A stretch of DNA of 63,870 nt, counting the filler, from Octopus bimaculoides (lineage: Eukaryota), in the NCBI RefSeq assembly GCF_001194135.2. It is 8 parts of 8 records of this genome, joined end to end, with 100 filler letters (N's around TTAATTAATTAA, not from the genome) between each part and the next. Parts side by side here need not be neighbours in the genome. Positions count along the whole stretch, not along the records: positions 30,743 to 49,990 come from NC_068985.1; positions 50,091 to 52,292 come from NW_026395994.1; 6 more parts are not named here. One strand, 5' to 3'. The position numbers were made by a program, and so were the translations under genes. Below the pieces are notes generated by a model, which made no database searches, was not told the DNA's origin, and was given only the letters and a program-made list of their open reading frames with translations. Shown here piece by piece: positions 37,464 to 50,132 of this stretch. Within the stretch, counting starts at the first letter, position 1. Every line of letters begins with the position of its first letter.

Positions 37464-39226
37464 CACACTTAACATGTGACAATGAAACAATAGAGGTGGA
37501 ACGATAGAGAAAAAGATAGAGAAAAGAGAACGACAGGGAGAGAGATAGACGGAGAGAGGGAGAGAAGAGGGAGAGAGAGAAGAGAGAGAGATAGAGAAGA
37601 GAGAGAGAGAAGAGAGAGGGAGAACGGAAAGAATCAGCTAGCAAGAAATAAAATAGTGACCTCTGTAGGTGACTGGCTTTTGATATATCGATTAACGAAA
37701 GTTAAAGGTGACTACATGAGAATTTAAATTGCGACGTAAATAGCCGGAAAAAATAGCGCAAGATGCCCTAACTATTCTGCCAAGACGGATTCTTAAACTA
37801 GTTCTACGCTAATCAGTAGTATAACCGATATAATTACATCCTCCTTTCATATCCTGTAGGCGTGGATTTTCTTTTCATCTTTTCAATATTGATAAAAAAA
37901 CAACAGGCAGATACTGGAGGCGATTAATTGGACAACTGTATTCTTGTATTCTAAAATATTTAGTAACTTAGATAGCATGGAATTTCTCCAACNNNNNNNN
38001 NNNNNNNNNNNNNNNNNNNNNNNNNNNNNNNNNNNNNNNNNNNNNNNNNNNNNNNNNNNNNNNNNNNNNNNNNNNNNNNNNNNNNNNNNNNNNNNNNNNN
38101 NNNNNNNNNNNNNNNNNNNNNNNNNNNNNNNNNNNNNNNNNNNNNNNNNNNNNNNNNNNNNNNNNNNNNNNNNNNNNNNNNNNNNNNNNNNNNNNNNNNN
38201 NNNNNNNNNNNNNNNNNNNNNNNNNNNNNNNNNNNNNNNNNNNNNNNNNNNNNNNNNNNNNNNNNNNNNNNNNNNNNNNNNNNNNNNNNNNNNNNNNNNN
38301 NNNNNNNNNNNNNNNNNNNNNNNNNNNNNNNNNNNNNNNNNNNNNNNNNNNNNNNNNNNNNNNNNNNNNNNNNNNNNNNNNNNNNNNNNNNNNNNNNNNN
38401 NNNNNNNNNNNNNNNNNNNNNNNNNNNNNNNNNNNNNNNNNNNNNNNNNNNNNNNNNNNNNNNNNNNNNNNNNNNNNNNNNNNNNNNNNNNNNNNNNNNN
38501 NNNNTTAACGCTCGGGAATAGAGATTTATATATATATACATATATTGTTGTCTTGAGAAAGTAATTCTGTTTTTATGCCTTATTAATTAACACACACACC
38601 GGTTTCAATTATTAATTAATTTTTTTTTTTTTTAGAAAATTTTCGTTCCGTCCTTGCAATCTCTTCAAAAAGTTGGTGACGGTCCGTTATCGAAGCTGCG
38701 GTCTTTTTGTTTGTTTGTGCGTCAGCGTGCATGTGTATGTACCTATGTATCTATGCATATATGTATATGTATGTATTATGTATGTATGTATGTATATATG
38801 TATGTATGTGTGTGAGCATATATTTATATATACATGTATGTGTGTGTATGTACGTTTGTATGTATATATTTTGCATGTGTTTGTGTGTGCATGTCTGTGC
38901 ATTTGTAGGCATGTGTGTTTGTGTTTCTATGCATGTGTGTGTATCTGTGTGTGCGTGTTTGAATGCATGTAAGTGTGTGGTGTGTGTGACTATGTACATG
39001 CGTCTGTTATGTATGAATGTGCATCTCCATATGTATCTTTCTGCGTGTGTGTGGAGTGTACGTGTGTGTATATGGCCATGTGATACCGTTTCCTTTTGTG
39101 TGTGTATGTGAGTGTGCGTGTTCTTGTCTGTCCGTATTACCTATTCACGTATGCACCAACTTACCTATTTCCATTATGTACATTATTTACAGTTGACAGA
39201 TATTTGTCTTCATCTTGTTTGTTGTT

Positions 39227-39271
39227 AAAACAACGTTTCGGCTGATACACCCTCCACTTTCATCAGGTGTC
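39227..39271 (-). ncRNA. Minimal type-I hammerhead ribozyme motif (degenerate), probably in a Penelope-like terminal repeat
   Basis: Minus strand GACAC-CTGATGA-AAGTGGAGGGTGTATCAGCC-GAAACGTT-GTTTT has both catalytic core boxes, a loopless palindromic stem III (ACGU) and stem I 4/5 paired. Stem II is disrupted. Confidence 0.5.
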
Positions 39272-40244
39272 TTGGGGAAATTTCGAAGATGAGTTCTCAT
39301 TCAGACACGCACAAACAAGGAGACAGAGGTACATACACAAATACACACACACACACACAAACACAAACATACATACAAACACACAAACATACACACACAA
39401 GCTCATGAATATACATATATACAAACGTACACACACGCACACATATATATATGCATACATACACATACATACATAATACTTATATACATACATACGTACA
39501 TACATACATACAAACTGCCTCAACAAAAACCTGGAAAAATTAGGGTTCTCAAAACCTGAAAGAAAAAGGCTGATTAGAAGACTACAGATTCAAGCCATCA
39601 ATGGAACTGTAAAGATATGTAAAACTTTCCAAAAATTTAGCACATAAATACATATGCATGCATCTAGACATAAAAACGCATCCATAAAACAAACATACAA
39701 ATCTGCGCATACACTAACACCAAATACTGCACACACACACATATGCACAAATACCTCGATTTTGTTGATAAAAGTTCCAATGAAGGAGCCTTGAATCTAT
39801 GTTAGAGTCCGGCTCTTTCTCTATGGACAAGAAATACAGAAATGAAACTGATTGATAACATACATACATACATATGTATATACACATGGATGCTGACGCG
39901 CATATATGCGCACTAACAAAGACACAGAACGCAGCTCTGATAACGGACAGACTCAACGACTATTAAAGAGATTTCAAGAAACAAGGAAAATTTTAGAAAA
40001 AAATAAATAAGTAAATGAGTGGAAATTGAAACGGTGAGTGTGTTAATTAGTAAAACATTAAAACAGAATAACTCTCCCCAGAAACAACAACATATGCTTC
40101 AACACACGAATTCACATAGAGAAAATTGCAAGCCAAATACAAATGCGAAGTGTATTTATATTGTTCGACAATTATCCCGGGGTTTTGAATCACAAGTGCA
40201 GCAAAAAATTCACAGCAAACTGTTAAATGTGCGGCAATATTTAC

Positions 40245-40281
40245 GTACGTCAGTTTCCGTCTGGGTTTTAGATTCCGCCAT
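40245..40281 (-). CDS. Candidate first coding exon (MAESKTQTETD...) of an unidentified minus-strand gene
   Basis: AAACC-ATG-GCGG start context, two adjacent donor options (GAC|GTACGT at 40248; TAC|GTAAAT at 40244) and an ETS-type GCGGAAGT at 40398-40405 upstream. No homology recognised. Confidence 0.3.
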
Positions 40282-41179
40282 GGTTTGCTACAAATTTAAT
40301 TTCACTAAGATCGATAAATTAACAGATACTTCAAGGATGCAACAGCTGCAGACTTGTATATCTAAGCTTCAAGTTTGCTCGCGTTATTGCGTAGAATGCG
40401 GAAGTATATAAGAAAAAAGTAGTGGAGTATGTTAAAAAAGCAATACGAGAAAACTTAACGAAATTTTTTTGAAACAAATAATAAATATGATTAAGATGAG
40501 TGATAATACGCCGAAGAGTAATATATATTTAGTGAAGTATACCAATTAGTTTATTTTACTCGTCTTATCTTCTACTGTAACTAGAGTCCCCGTTCTTTGA
40601 ATATTTTATGCTACGGTGATTAATTTATAGCAAAAAATCCGAGCATATGCAGTGGCGTAGAATTAATTAGTTTATAGTAGTTACATCATTTAAATTTTTA
40701 TATTAATATGAAGTACAGATCAATACTTATCTACTTCAAGCTAAGATAGATTGATAACATACTACCAAAGCGTGTTTATTACCTGTTAGAAGAGAAGATT
40801 TAATCCATATCGAATCAATATATCTTAGGATACTTGGCAAGAAATTGCATGGCATCAAAGTTAGTTCGTTACAGAATATATAATAATTAATAGAAAAAGA
40901 ACTTGTTATTTTGAATAACCGAGAGAGAGAGAGAGAGAGGGAGAAAGAAAGAGAGAGGGAGAAAGAGAAGGAGAGGGAGAGAGAGAGGGAGAGAGAGTGC
41001 ATCATTAGACTGAGGGACAGAGAGCAGCATAACTACTTAAATATCCTAGTGAATTTTCACTTTGAAACCATTCTATTTTCGAATCAGAATCAGGGACACA
41101 GCACCAGGGGCAAGAGTCTTCAATTATAGTCCTGGTCCAATAAATGTGTTGTACGTAAATTTAGTAGCGGGACACTGTG

Positions 41180-41292
41180 GAATCGCACCGTATATGTATG
41201 TGTGTTTGTGTGTGTGCTTGTGTGGGCATGTGTGTGCCTTTCTCTGCATGGTCGCAGTCAAATGACTGACATAAGTAAAAGAGTAAAAGAGT
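41180..41292 (+). mobile_element. SINE family B tail fragment
   Basis: GCATGGTCGCAGTCAAATGACTGACATAAGTAAAAGAGTAAAAGAG. Confidence 0.75.
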
Positions 41293-41426
41293 ATTTTCCT
41301 AAACAATAGATCCGCTTATTTCGGTTAATGACTTATTCACGAATATACCATGAATGACGGTGCCTTTCGTGTCTCATCAACCAATCGACAGGCGCTGCAT
41401 GAAGAACTGTTCTGCTTTTAGACAAA

Positions 41427-41673
41427 TGCACTGTCATCACAAATGTCACGCCCTGTTTACTTGTAGAAACATCTTCTTAATTTATATTGATAGATGTGTT
41501 AATGTTTTGTAACGATGTACTCTATATGACAACCAACTACACAATCAGACAGAAATCACCATTTACCTATCAATAACATTATAATCTGCACTGTCCTCAT
41601 ACAATTCACTCGCTGTTTACATGTAGGAACATTTTCTTAATTCATATTGATAGCTGTGTTGATGTTTTTGTAA
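41427..41673 (+). repeat. Two ~86-bp direct repeats, period 160 bp
   Basis: 41427-41512 versus 41587-41673 is about 83% identical by hand alignment. Confidence 0.85.
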
Positions 41674-42259
41674 GTGTTGTAAATGTATTGATAAACTACA
41701 TGCTATTTTATTTTTAAATCTATATACAAATCTATTTGTATGTCTACTGTAAAATTAAATGTCAGTCTGTTTCTATATTCATTGTAACTCTATATCAACA
41801 CTTGCGCCCCTGAGGGTAATATTCTCAGGGAACGCACAGAAGCCCTTTTCAGAGTTATTTACTTTGAATTTTTATCGCATATCTGATTAGCCTGTTATTA
41901 CGTAATATGATTCACGATTTTGGTATACATACCTTATTGATATTATATATACACTATATACTCTGGGAACGGACCAACAGAATCGTACCAATTTTATTTG
42001 AACTCTTACTATCGGGTAACTAATTTCGTGTTTTTACATAACTGACATCAAAATTTGGATATTCATAATTCATTGGGATTTCTTAAAAGTAGCATCCTAT
42101 GTAAGACAGTTCAGTATTCTCTGTAAAGACACAAAATCTGTTTAAGAGCTACATAATTTGTATTGTTGTTGTTGGATTAGCGAAACAGTTATGAGAATGG
42201 AACCAAGGGATAAGCCCCGCTTTCCGAGAATTACTGGGTACCTCATCAGCTAGTATATA

Positions 42260-42290
<31 letters not shown>

Positions 42291-42360
42291 NNNNNNNNNN
42301 NNNNNNNNNNNNNNNNNNNNNNNNNNNNNNNNNNNNNNNNNNNNNNNNNNNNNNNNNNNN

Positions 42361-42406
<46 letters not shown>

Positions 42407-42707
42407 AATTTTATATTACCAGATAGAATGAACAGACTGAAGTGGAATCAAGAGTTGTCACTCCTAAGCATCCATTGTATTCGTTTATTTCGCACTAATA
42501 AGCATATCGTTATATATACCTTCATAGACCTCCTAAAGATAACATCATGTTTGCTCACACGAACTTATATTATGACATTCCATCATAGTAAACAGGCCCG
42601 TTCTATAGTCTTTCCTCTTTACTAAAGAACTGTGCTTAACATATTGATTCTTATGAGATTATAATGGTATATTTGAGTAAATAATGTATGATATAAGTAA
42701 ATAATCG

Positions 42708-42738
<31 letters not shown>

Positions 42739-42824
42739 TAGTATGAATATCACATAGAATAGAATATTCTTTATACTAGTATTTGCAGCACATTTGCCCC
42801 TTTTACTTGTTTTCATAATGCTCA

Positions 42825-42945
42825 GTTGAATTTCGTCCATATCTGTGTTTTGAGTTCAAATTTCACTGACATCGATTTTCTCTTTCATCCTTTTGGGGTT
42901 GATAAAGAAACACCTCTTGATCACTGGGAGCGATGTAACCAACTT
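42825..42945 (+). mobile_element. SINE family A internal fragment
   Basis: TTTTGAGTTCAAATTTCAC...CTTTCATCCTTTTGGGGTTGATAAA. Confidence 0.7.
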
Positions 42946-43606
42946 ACCATCTTATTCATAACTGTTGGCCATGTGACAGCATTATTCTTTTCCCTGTGCT
43001 GTTATTATTAGTGCCCAGACCATTGTCTTCTTGCTCCTATTATCCGTTCTAATCCTGAAATTTCTACTTTTATTAGGATTATCTGGGTCTTAACGATATT
43101 AGTCACCATAATTCTGGTCTTCCCTACACTTTAGACGCTGCCCCGAACGACACTTTTAGAGTGTACGATTGTGCAATTCAACTTTATATTACACAAATAC
43201 AACTAACAGGACAATAACAACGGGTGTCTTTCGACTAAGAACAAATTAAATTAAGCTGACGTGTGGAAGTAAAGCCTTACGGCAAGGACATAAGATTTGA
43301 CAGGCACAGGGATGAATATAGATGTTGCACGGATAGTAGTCGAACCAAGAAAGAAATGTCAGGCTTTTCCAAGCACCGGTCACGTGGGGAGAGAAGAGAG
43401 AGAGCGATAGAGGCACAGGGATAGAAGAATTTTAGGAAAGGCGAGAAAAAAGGAAAGGGACATAGTGAAGTGACAGAGGAGGGAAGGTGTGTCAAGAAGA
43501 CCTAAATGTATCAGATTCGATGATTATACGAATGAGGAGTCTAACATAGTTCGTGGAAACAATTGTAAGTGTAGACAAACTTTTATTCAAATCCAAGTTG
43601 TTACAG

Positions 43607-43714
43607 GACGAATATACAATCTACAAATTGTTTCGGAGTCTAACTCATTCCAAAGACAAAGATGATAAACTCTTCATGAAATACAAATTGATTCCTCACA
43701 GGAATTACATACTG
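43607..43714 (+). CDS. Candidate 108-nt phase-0 exon (unidentified)
   Basis: TTACAG acceptor, open frame DEYTIYKLFRSLTHSKDKDDKLFMKYKLIPHRNYIL and CTG|GTAAGA donor. Could equally be chance or TE debris. Confidence 0.2.
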
Positions 43715-43813
43715 GTAAGAATGATTACTACCAACAAAAATATACAAAGACCTTTTGTTGCCCAGACGTGAACAAATAAATGAAAGATAACAAGAAGGTC
43801 AGACATTCACAAG

Positions 43814-43846
<33 letters not shown>

Positions 43847-44016
43847 CTTTGTGTGTGTGTGTGAGTGTGTGTGTGTGTGTATGTGTGTGTGTGTGTGTCA
43901 GTATTTAAACTTGATATTATTGAACGAAAATAAAAATAAAAATAAAAAACAAATCTTGTGTTTACAAAACAGCCTTCTACAGGTAAAACAGAAGAACGAC
44001 TAGAGAGAGAGAGAGA

Positions 44017-44017
<1 letters not shown>

Positions 44018-44081
<64 letters not shown>
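44018..44081. repeat. (TAG)n microsatellite
   Basis: Directly visible. Confidence 0.95.
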
Positions 44082-44389
44082 TCAGTGAAGGGAAAGGAGA
44101 GAAAGAAGTAATACAGTGAAGGAGAAGGGGAGAGAGAAATAGCCATGACTGAGAGAGTGAGAGAAACTAATGATCGTTTGAGAAAGAAGATCACGACAGG
44201 AATGAGCGAATAAAGAAAAAGACAACCATTTGAATCTGTGTGAGTATATGTGTATACGTGTGTATATGAAAAAGGGGAGGTATGTGAATGTTTGTGTGTG
44301 TATGCGTATGCGTGTTTGTGTGTTAATGATTTTCTTAATAACCAGTTTGGCAGGGAGTATTTGAATTCTATTTTCTAATATGTTTCAAT

Positions 44390-44898
44390 AATAGTGGAGG
44401 TAACAGCCTTTCACATAATGATAATTCAATTGATGAAGATGCAACTAGGCTTGAGCATTCCCTTTGTGATTGTAGAAACAAAGATAATTGTTTATTTAGT
44501 AATTTTTGAAAGCGTGGGGAACTCGTCTAACATGCTAAAGTTATTTCTGAAGGTAATGATTACTTTTATATTGGTTCTTCTGCTAATTATATTAAGAAAA
44601 GGGTTTCGAACCATTACCATTCCTTTAGGTACAATAATATTGATTCTTCTACTAGGCTTAGTAATTTCTTCTGGAACCTCTTAAAGATAATAATAAAAGG
44701 TATTTTATTGAATGGAGCATATTAGGGATCGCCCAGGCTTATAGGATTGGTAATAGGTTCTGCTCTCTTAAATCTGAAGAATTATTTTTGATTATATTTT
44801 CTGGAAGAAGGCTGCAAAACTCTAAATCTGCGTGTTTAAAAATGTTTAATAAGGTTGTCTATTATAAGTGTTTTATTAGACGATTTAAGGGTTTTTGA
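44390..44898 (+). mobile_element. Penelope-like element: decayed GIY-YIG endonuclease domain
   Basis: Translation gives CDCRNKDNC...ELV*HAKV...YFYIGSSANYIKKRVSNHYHSF...STRLSNFFWNL /frameshift/ KDNNKRYFIEWSILGIAQAYRIGNRFCSL. This matches the Penelope pattern CNCR...C...VYxAxV...YIG...KxRxxNHxxSF...STxLSxxxWxLK...IxWxI...Y...C. YIG is at 44567-44575. Confidence 0.85.
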
Positions 44899-45590
44899 GA
44901 GTTTCATAATTTCAGTTTGACCCTTTCTTTGTTACTACTCTAGTAGATTCCTCCAGCTTGTTTTGTTTTTAAATTAAAGTTTTGAGATATTGTATTTGAA
45001 TTTTGGTCCATCTGTGTTTGTGAGACGGTGGATTTTTACATTTAATTCATTTAATTATCTTTCTAGCGTTTTGTTATTTCTTCATTTATTTATTAGCTGA
45101 CCCCGTGCCGTTTATGTTGATGGCTAATTGTTATTTAAACAAGATACAACATGAAGAACACAACAATTACAGATAGAAGCACGCAAATATTTCGCAATCA
45201 CGCACATACATAGACATACTCAAACAAAATTGGAATGATCTCAGTTTTTATCTTCAGAGTTGTACGTTTCCATTACGTACGTATGGATACGTTTTCATTA
45301 CGCACGCACATACTCACACATTCCCCTACACACACGAACACGCACACGCATACACACCTCCTGTATTTCATATACATACGTATACATATATACTCACACA
45401 GAGTTAAGTGGTTGTCGTTTACATTATCCGCCCCTTCCTTTCTTATACATATGTTGAGAACAGAAGATACACTCCGCGATCTTCTTTCTCAAACGGTCAT
45501 TACTTTTTCTCATTCTCTCACTCATCGTATTACTTTTTCACTGTAATTACTTCACTGTGTTACTTTTTCCTCTTCTCTCCCTTCACCGAT

Positions 45591-45643
<53 letters not shown>

Positions 45644-46488
45644 NNNNNNNNNNNNNNNNNNNNNNNNNNNNNNNNNNNNNNNNNNNNNNNNNNNNNNNNN
45701 NNNNNNNNNNNNNNNNNNNNNNNNNNNNNNNNNNNNNNNNNNNNNNNNNNNNNNNNNNNNNNNNNNNNNNNNNNNNNNNNNNNNNNNNNNNNNNNNNNNN
45801 NNNNNNNNNNNNNNNNNNNNNNNNNNNNNNNNNNNNNNNNNNNNNNNNNNNNNNNNNNNNNNNNNNNNNNNNNNNNNNNNNNNNNNNNNNNNNNNNNNNN
45901 NNNNNNNNNNNNNNNNNNNNNNNNNNNNNNNNNNNNNNNNNNNNNNNNNNNNNNNNNNNNNNNNNNNNNNNNNNNNNNNNNNNNNNNNNNNNNNNNNNNN
46001 NNNNNNNNNNNNNNNNNNNNNNNNNNNNNNNNNNNNNNNNNNNNNNNNNNNNNNNNNNNNNNNNNNNNNNNNNNNNNNNNNNNNNNNNNNNNNNNNNNNN
46101 NNNNNNNNNNNNNNNNNNNNNNNNNNNNNNNNNNNNNNNNNNNNNNNNNNNNNNNNNNNNNNNNNNNNNNNNNNNNNNNNNNNNNNNNNNNNNNNNNNNN
46201 NNNNNNNNNNNNNNNNNNNNNNNNNNNNNNNNNNNNNNNNNNNNNNNNNNNNNNNNNNNNNNNNNNNNNNNNNNNNNNNNNNNNNNNNNNNNNNNNNNNN
46301 NNNNNNNNNNNNNNNNNNNNNNNNNNNNNNNNNNNNNNNNNNNNNNNNNNNNNNNNNNNNNNNNNNNNNNNNNNNNNNNNNNNNNNNNNNNNNNNNNNNN
46401 NTATATATATATAAATACACTCACACACATATGAGAGACCGAGTGTTGCCCAGATACCTGTATGCTTGTGCTGTTATTAAAACAGATT

Positions 46489-46867
46489 AAACAAGACCAC
46501 TCAGAGAACGCAAATCTCCGCTAGAGCAACACCAACGTCCTCTCAACGATTAGCCAGAGATGAATTTCAAAATGAAAATATCTGAAATAGACTCGACTAC
46601 TCTCACAAACTAGAATACTAAACATGAACTCGGCTGCTCTTGAAACGTAAGTATAAATAAAACAGAAAAAAACAATCCATAAGTCTTGTCTGGGACTGGA
46701 TCGATCCCAAAATCTAACCAGTTCGTGCCAGACACCATCCCGAATATCCCTGAAAGTTTCATCCGAATACATCCAGCGGTCCTTGAAATATTTTGTCCAT
46801 GGACAAACAAACAAACACGACTGGAAACAATACCTCCTCCTTCGCTCTTCGCTAAGGCTGAGTTAAT
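46489..46867 (+). mobile_element. Non-autonomous Helentron/DINE-1-type element
   Basis: 5' AACAAGACCACTCAGAGAACGCAAATCTCCGC, an (ACAA)n tract near the 3' end, and a degenerate 3' hairpin AATACCTCC...AAGGCTGAGTTAAT. The architecture matches Helentron-associated elements from recall. Confidence 0.55.
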
Positions 46868-48681
46868 AATGGTAAATGATTGGCGAGATTGCATAAATAA
46901 CCACACACACACACACTTATGCATACATACTCATCGCCCATGTGATGTGTGTGTGTGTTTGTATGCAAGCGTGTGTATGATTGTGTGTGTGAGTGGGTGG
47001 CTGTGTTAATAATTTTATATTTTGTCATTAATTCTTAGAATTTCGTATTACCAATAATAATGAGACATGATTCTATATAGTTACTTCGTTATTTAAAATG
47101 TCATGTATTTTTTCAATGCCATGGGAATATGTTTAAAAAATAATGGCAACATGAACTAAGTTCGCGCATTGCAGAGCATTCAGTAATACATATATGACAT
47201 ATATATAATAACACATAGAGAGACAGCGACACACATATATTTCAAATATGTCATTTAAATATGACAATTTGATTTTAAGTGTGACATTTTTTCTGTACGT
47301 GCTTACTCTATAAGCTTTCTGAATTATTGCATAATATTCCAATTGCGAGCGTGACTAAGTGTTTCTCAATTTTGTCTTTTCTTACATTACATCAGCCTTG
47401 TATTGCGCATTGACATCGCCTTACGGCATTGTGAAGTTTCTTCGTTTAGCTTTTAAAATCTAGTCATATAAATTGTAGCATTCAAAATTTTGCAGACGCC
47501 AAATTTTTTTTATCAGATTACTTTTCTTTCTGTTTCTCATCTAAAATCTATGCTCGAAACGAAAAAATTCCCAATAATTTCACCTCCTATATATTTTTTT
47601 TTATTTTACCTTGAAAACAGTTGTACCAGTAAGTGGCTTAAAGAACCCACAGAAAAGCCCTTTTTATTGCATTAGCGTCCGTTAATTTGATGCGTATTCC
47701 AAGTTTTTGACAATATTATTTTACAACGTGATAAACAGGAAGTGTAAGAAAGTCCAACCACACATCACACACACACACGCACACGCACATACACGTGCTA
47801 TCATTANNNNNNNNNNNNNNNNNNNNNNNNNNNNNNNNNNNNNNNNNNNNNNNNNNNNNNNNNNNNNNNNNNNNNNNNNNNNNNNNNNNNNNNNNNNNNN
47901 NNNNNNNNNNNNNNNNNNNNNNNNNNNNNNNNNNNNNNNNNNNNNNNNNNNNNNNNNNNNNNNNNNNNNNNNNNNNNNNNNNNNNNNNNNNNNNNNNNNN
48001 NNNNNNNNNNNNNNNNNNNNNNNNNNNNNNNNNNNNNNNNNNNNNNNNNNNNNNNNNNNNNNNNNNNNNNNNNNNNNNNNNNNNNNNNNNNNNNNNNNNN
48101 NNNNNNNNNNNNNNNNNNNNNNNNNNNNNNNNNNNNNNNNNNNNNNNNNNNNNNNNNNNNNNNNNNNNNNNNNNNNNNNNNNNNNNNNNNNNNNNNNNNN
48201 NNNNNNNNNNNNNNNNNNNNNNNNNNNNNNNNNNNNNNNNNNNNNNNNNNNNNNNNNNNNNNNNNNNNNNNNNNNNNNNNNNNNNNNNNNNNNNNNNNNN
48301 NNNNNNNNNNNNNNNNNNNNNNNNNNNNNNNNNNNNNNNNNNNNNNNNNNNNNNNNNNNNNNNNNNNNNNNNNNNNNNNNNNNNNNNNNNNNNNNNNNNN
48401 NNNNNNNNNNNNNNNNNNNNNNNNNNNNNNNNNNNNNNNNNNNNNNNNNNNNNNNNNNNNNNNNNNNNNNNNNNNNNNNNNNNNNNNNNNNNNNNNNNNN
48501 NNNNNNNNNNNNNNNNNNNNNNNNNNNNNNNNNNNNNNNNNNNNNNNNNNNNNNNNNNNNNNNNNNNNNNNNNNNNNNNNNNNNNNNNNNNNNNNNNNNN
48601 NNNNNNNNNNNNNNNNNNNNNNNNNNNNNNTATATATAAATGTATGTATATTTACATATGTATCTATATATAAATGCATAT

Positions 48682-48712
<31 letters not shown>

Positions 48713-49082
48713 AACATATATTCATATATACACATACACACACGTGTATATATATATATAAGTATATACACATGTGTGCATGCAGATATGCGAATATCTG
48801 GATGGAGTTATATCATTCGCTCTAGAAAGTTCGTTATTTATGTAACATCGCTTGGAATGTGAAGGTAAAATAAATAATGATTTATTACAGATGTCTATTA
48901 TTTGGTCACAGAGATGTATCTGAATATCCACAAACGCGTGCACAAAAGTCTGGAACTATAAAATAAATCATGAACTATATCTATCTATCTATCTATCTGT
49001 GTGTCTGTGTGTCTGTCTTCGTATCTATGTATCATTTATATAAATATGTATGTATNNNNNNNNNNATATATATATGTGTGTG

Positions 49083-49116
<34 letters not shown>

Positions 49117-49691
49117 TGTATGTATATGCACACACACAGAGACATATATCTCTAATTTCTTTTGGGTTGCTTTATGTGTTTCTGAGAGAAATTGCAAGGT
49201 ATCACGTCAGTTACGTGCCGATTTGAATCATATATGATATATGATATATTGTCTCCTAGCTTCTTCCACTCCAATATGGCATTTGGAATATCGACTTAAT
49301 TACAAAAAGTGAATGATATACGTAGATGTGTGTGTGTGTGCGCGCGCGCGTGTGTGTGTGTGTGTGTGTATTTGTATGTGTAGGCATATGCCAAAAATAA
49401 ATGGAAATATTCTGCAGACATTCCTGGATGGTTATCATCTTTATTTTAATTCCACCCCATTATACGTTCCTAGTATTGCATAAAGCATTTCACCGTGGAC
49501 GCTATATTGCAGTCGTTATTGTTTACGTCGATTCTGATCAAGTAGGGATATAAACAGTTATTCAGTTCAGACAATCTCTCAATCACATCACTCAATGCGA
49601 ATTTCCTTTTCAATAGGGTCTCTCTCTTTACCATCTACTTTTTAATACATCTTTCAGTCATTAAACTTCGACAATGACCACGTCGATATAT

Positions 49692-49920
49692 AGCCGAGCT
49701 GGCAGAGTGGTTAACGCCCCGGGTGAAATACTTAGTTGTATTTCGTCCGCCGTTACGTTCTGAGTTCAATTTCCGCCGAGGTCGACTTTACCTTTCATCC
49801 TTTCGGGGTCGATAAATAAAGTACCAATTGCGCACTGGGGCTGATGTAATTGATTTAATCCCCTTGTCTGTCCTTGTGTGCCCCCTCTATGTTTAGCCCC
49901 TTGTGGGCAATAAAGAAATA
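49692..49920 (+). mobile_element. SINE family A, full-length
   Basis: GCCGAGCTGGCAGAG...GAGTTCAATTTCCGCCGAGGTCGACTTTACCTTTCATCCTTTCGGGG...TGTGGGCAATAAAGAAATA. Confidence 0.9.
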
Positions 49921-49939
49921 TATATATATACATATACAT

Positions 49940-49990
<51 letters not shown>

Positions 49991-50132
49991 NNNNNNNNNN
50001 NNNNNNNNNNNNNNNNNNNNNNNNNNNNNNNNNNTTAATTAATTAANNNNNNNNNNNNNNNNNNNNNNNNNNNNNNNNNNNNNNNNNNNNGGTATAATGC
50101 AGTATGTTTGGTTTGAATTTGAGGTGGCTTAA

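Noticed and set aside
40019-40411. 130-aa plus-strand ORF with a CCGCCATGG Kozak context at 40280
   Set aside because: It has no recognisable domain and starts at GTG. An ORF of this length is near chance expectation for the window, and the same palindromic core is explained at least as well as a minus-strand start.
42160-42255. CTGATGA on the minus strand (42249-42243) with GGAAAG downstream, a possible hammerhead
   Set aside because: There is no convincing stem II closing before GAAA, and no stem III or cleavage triplet.
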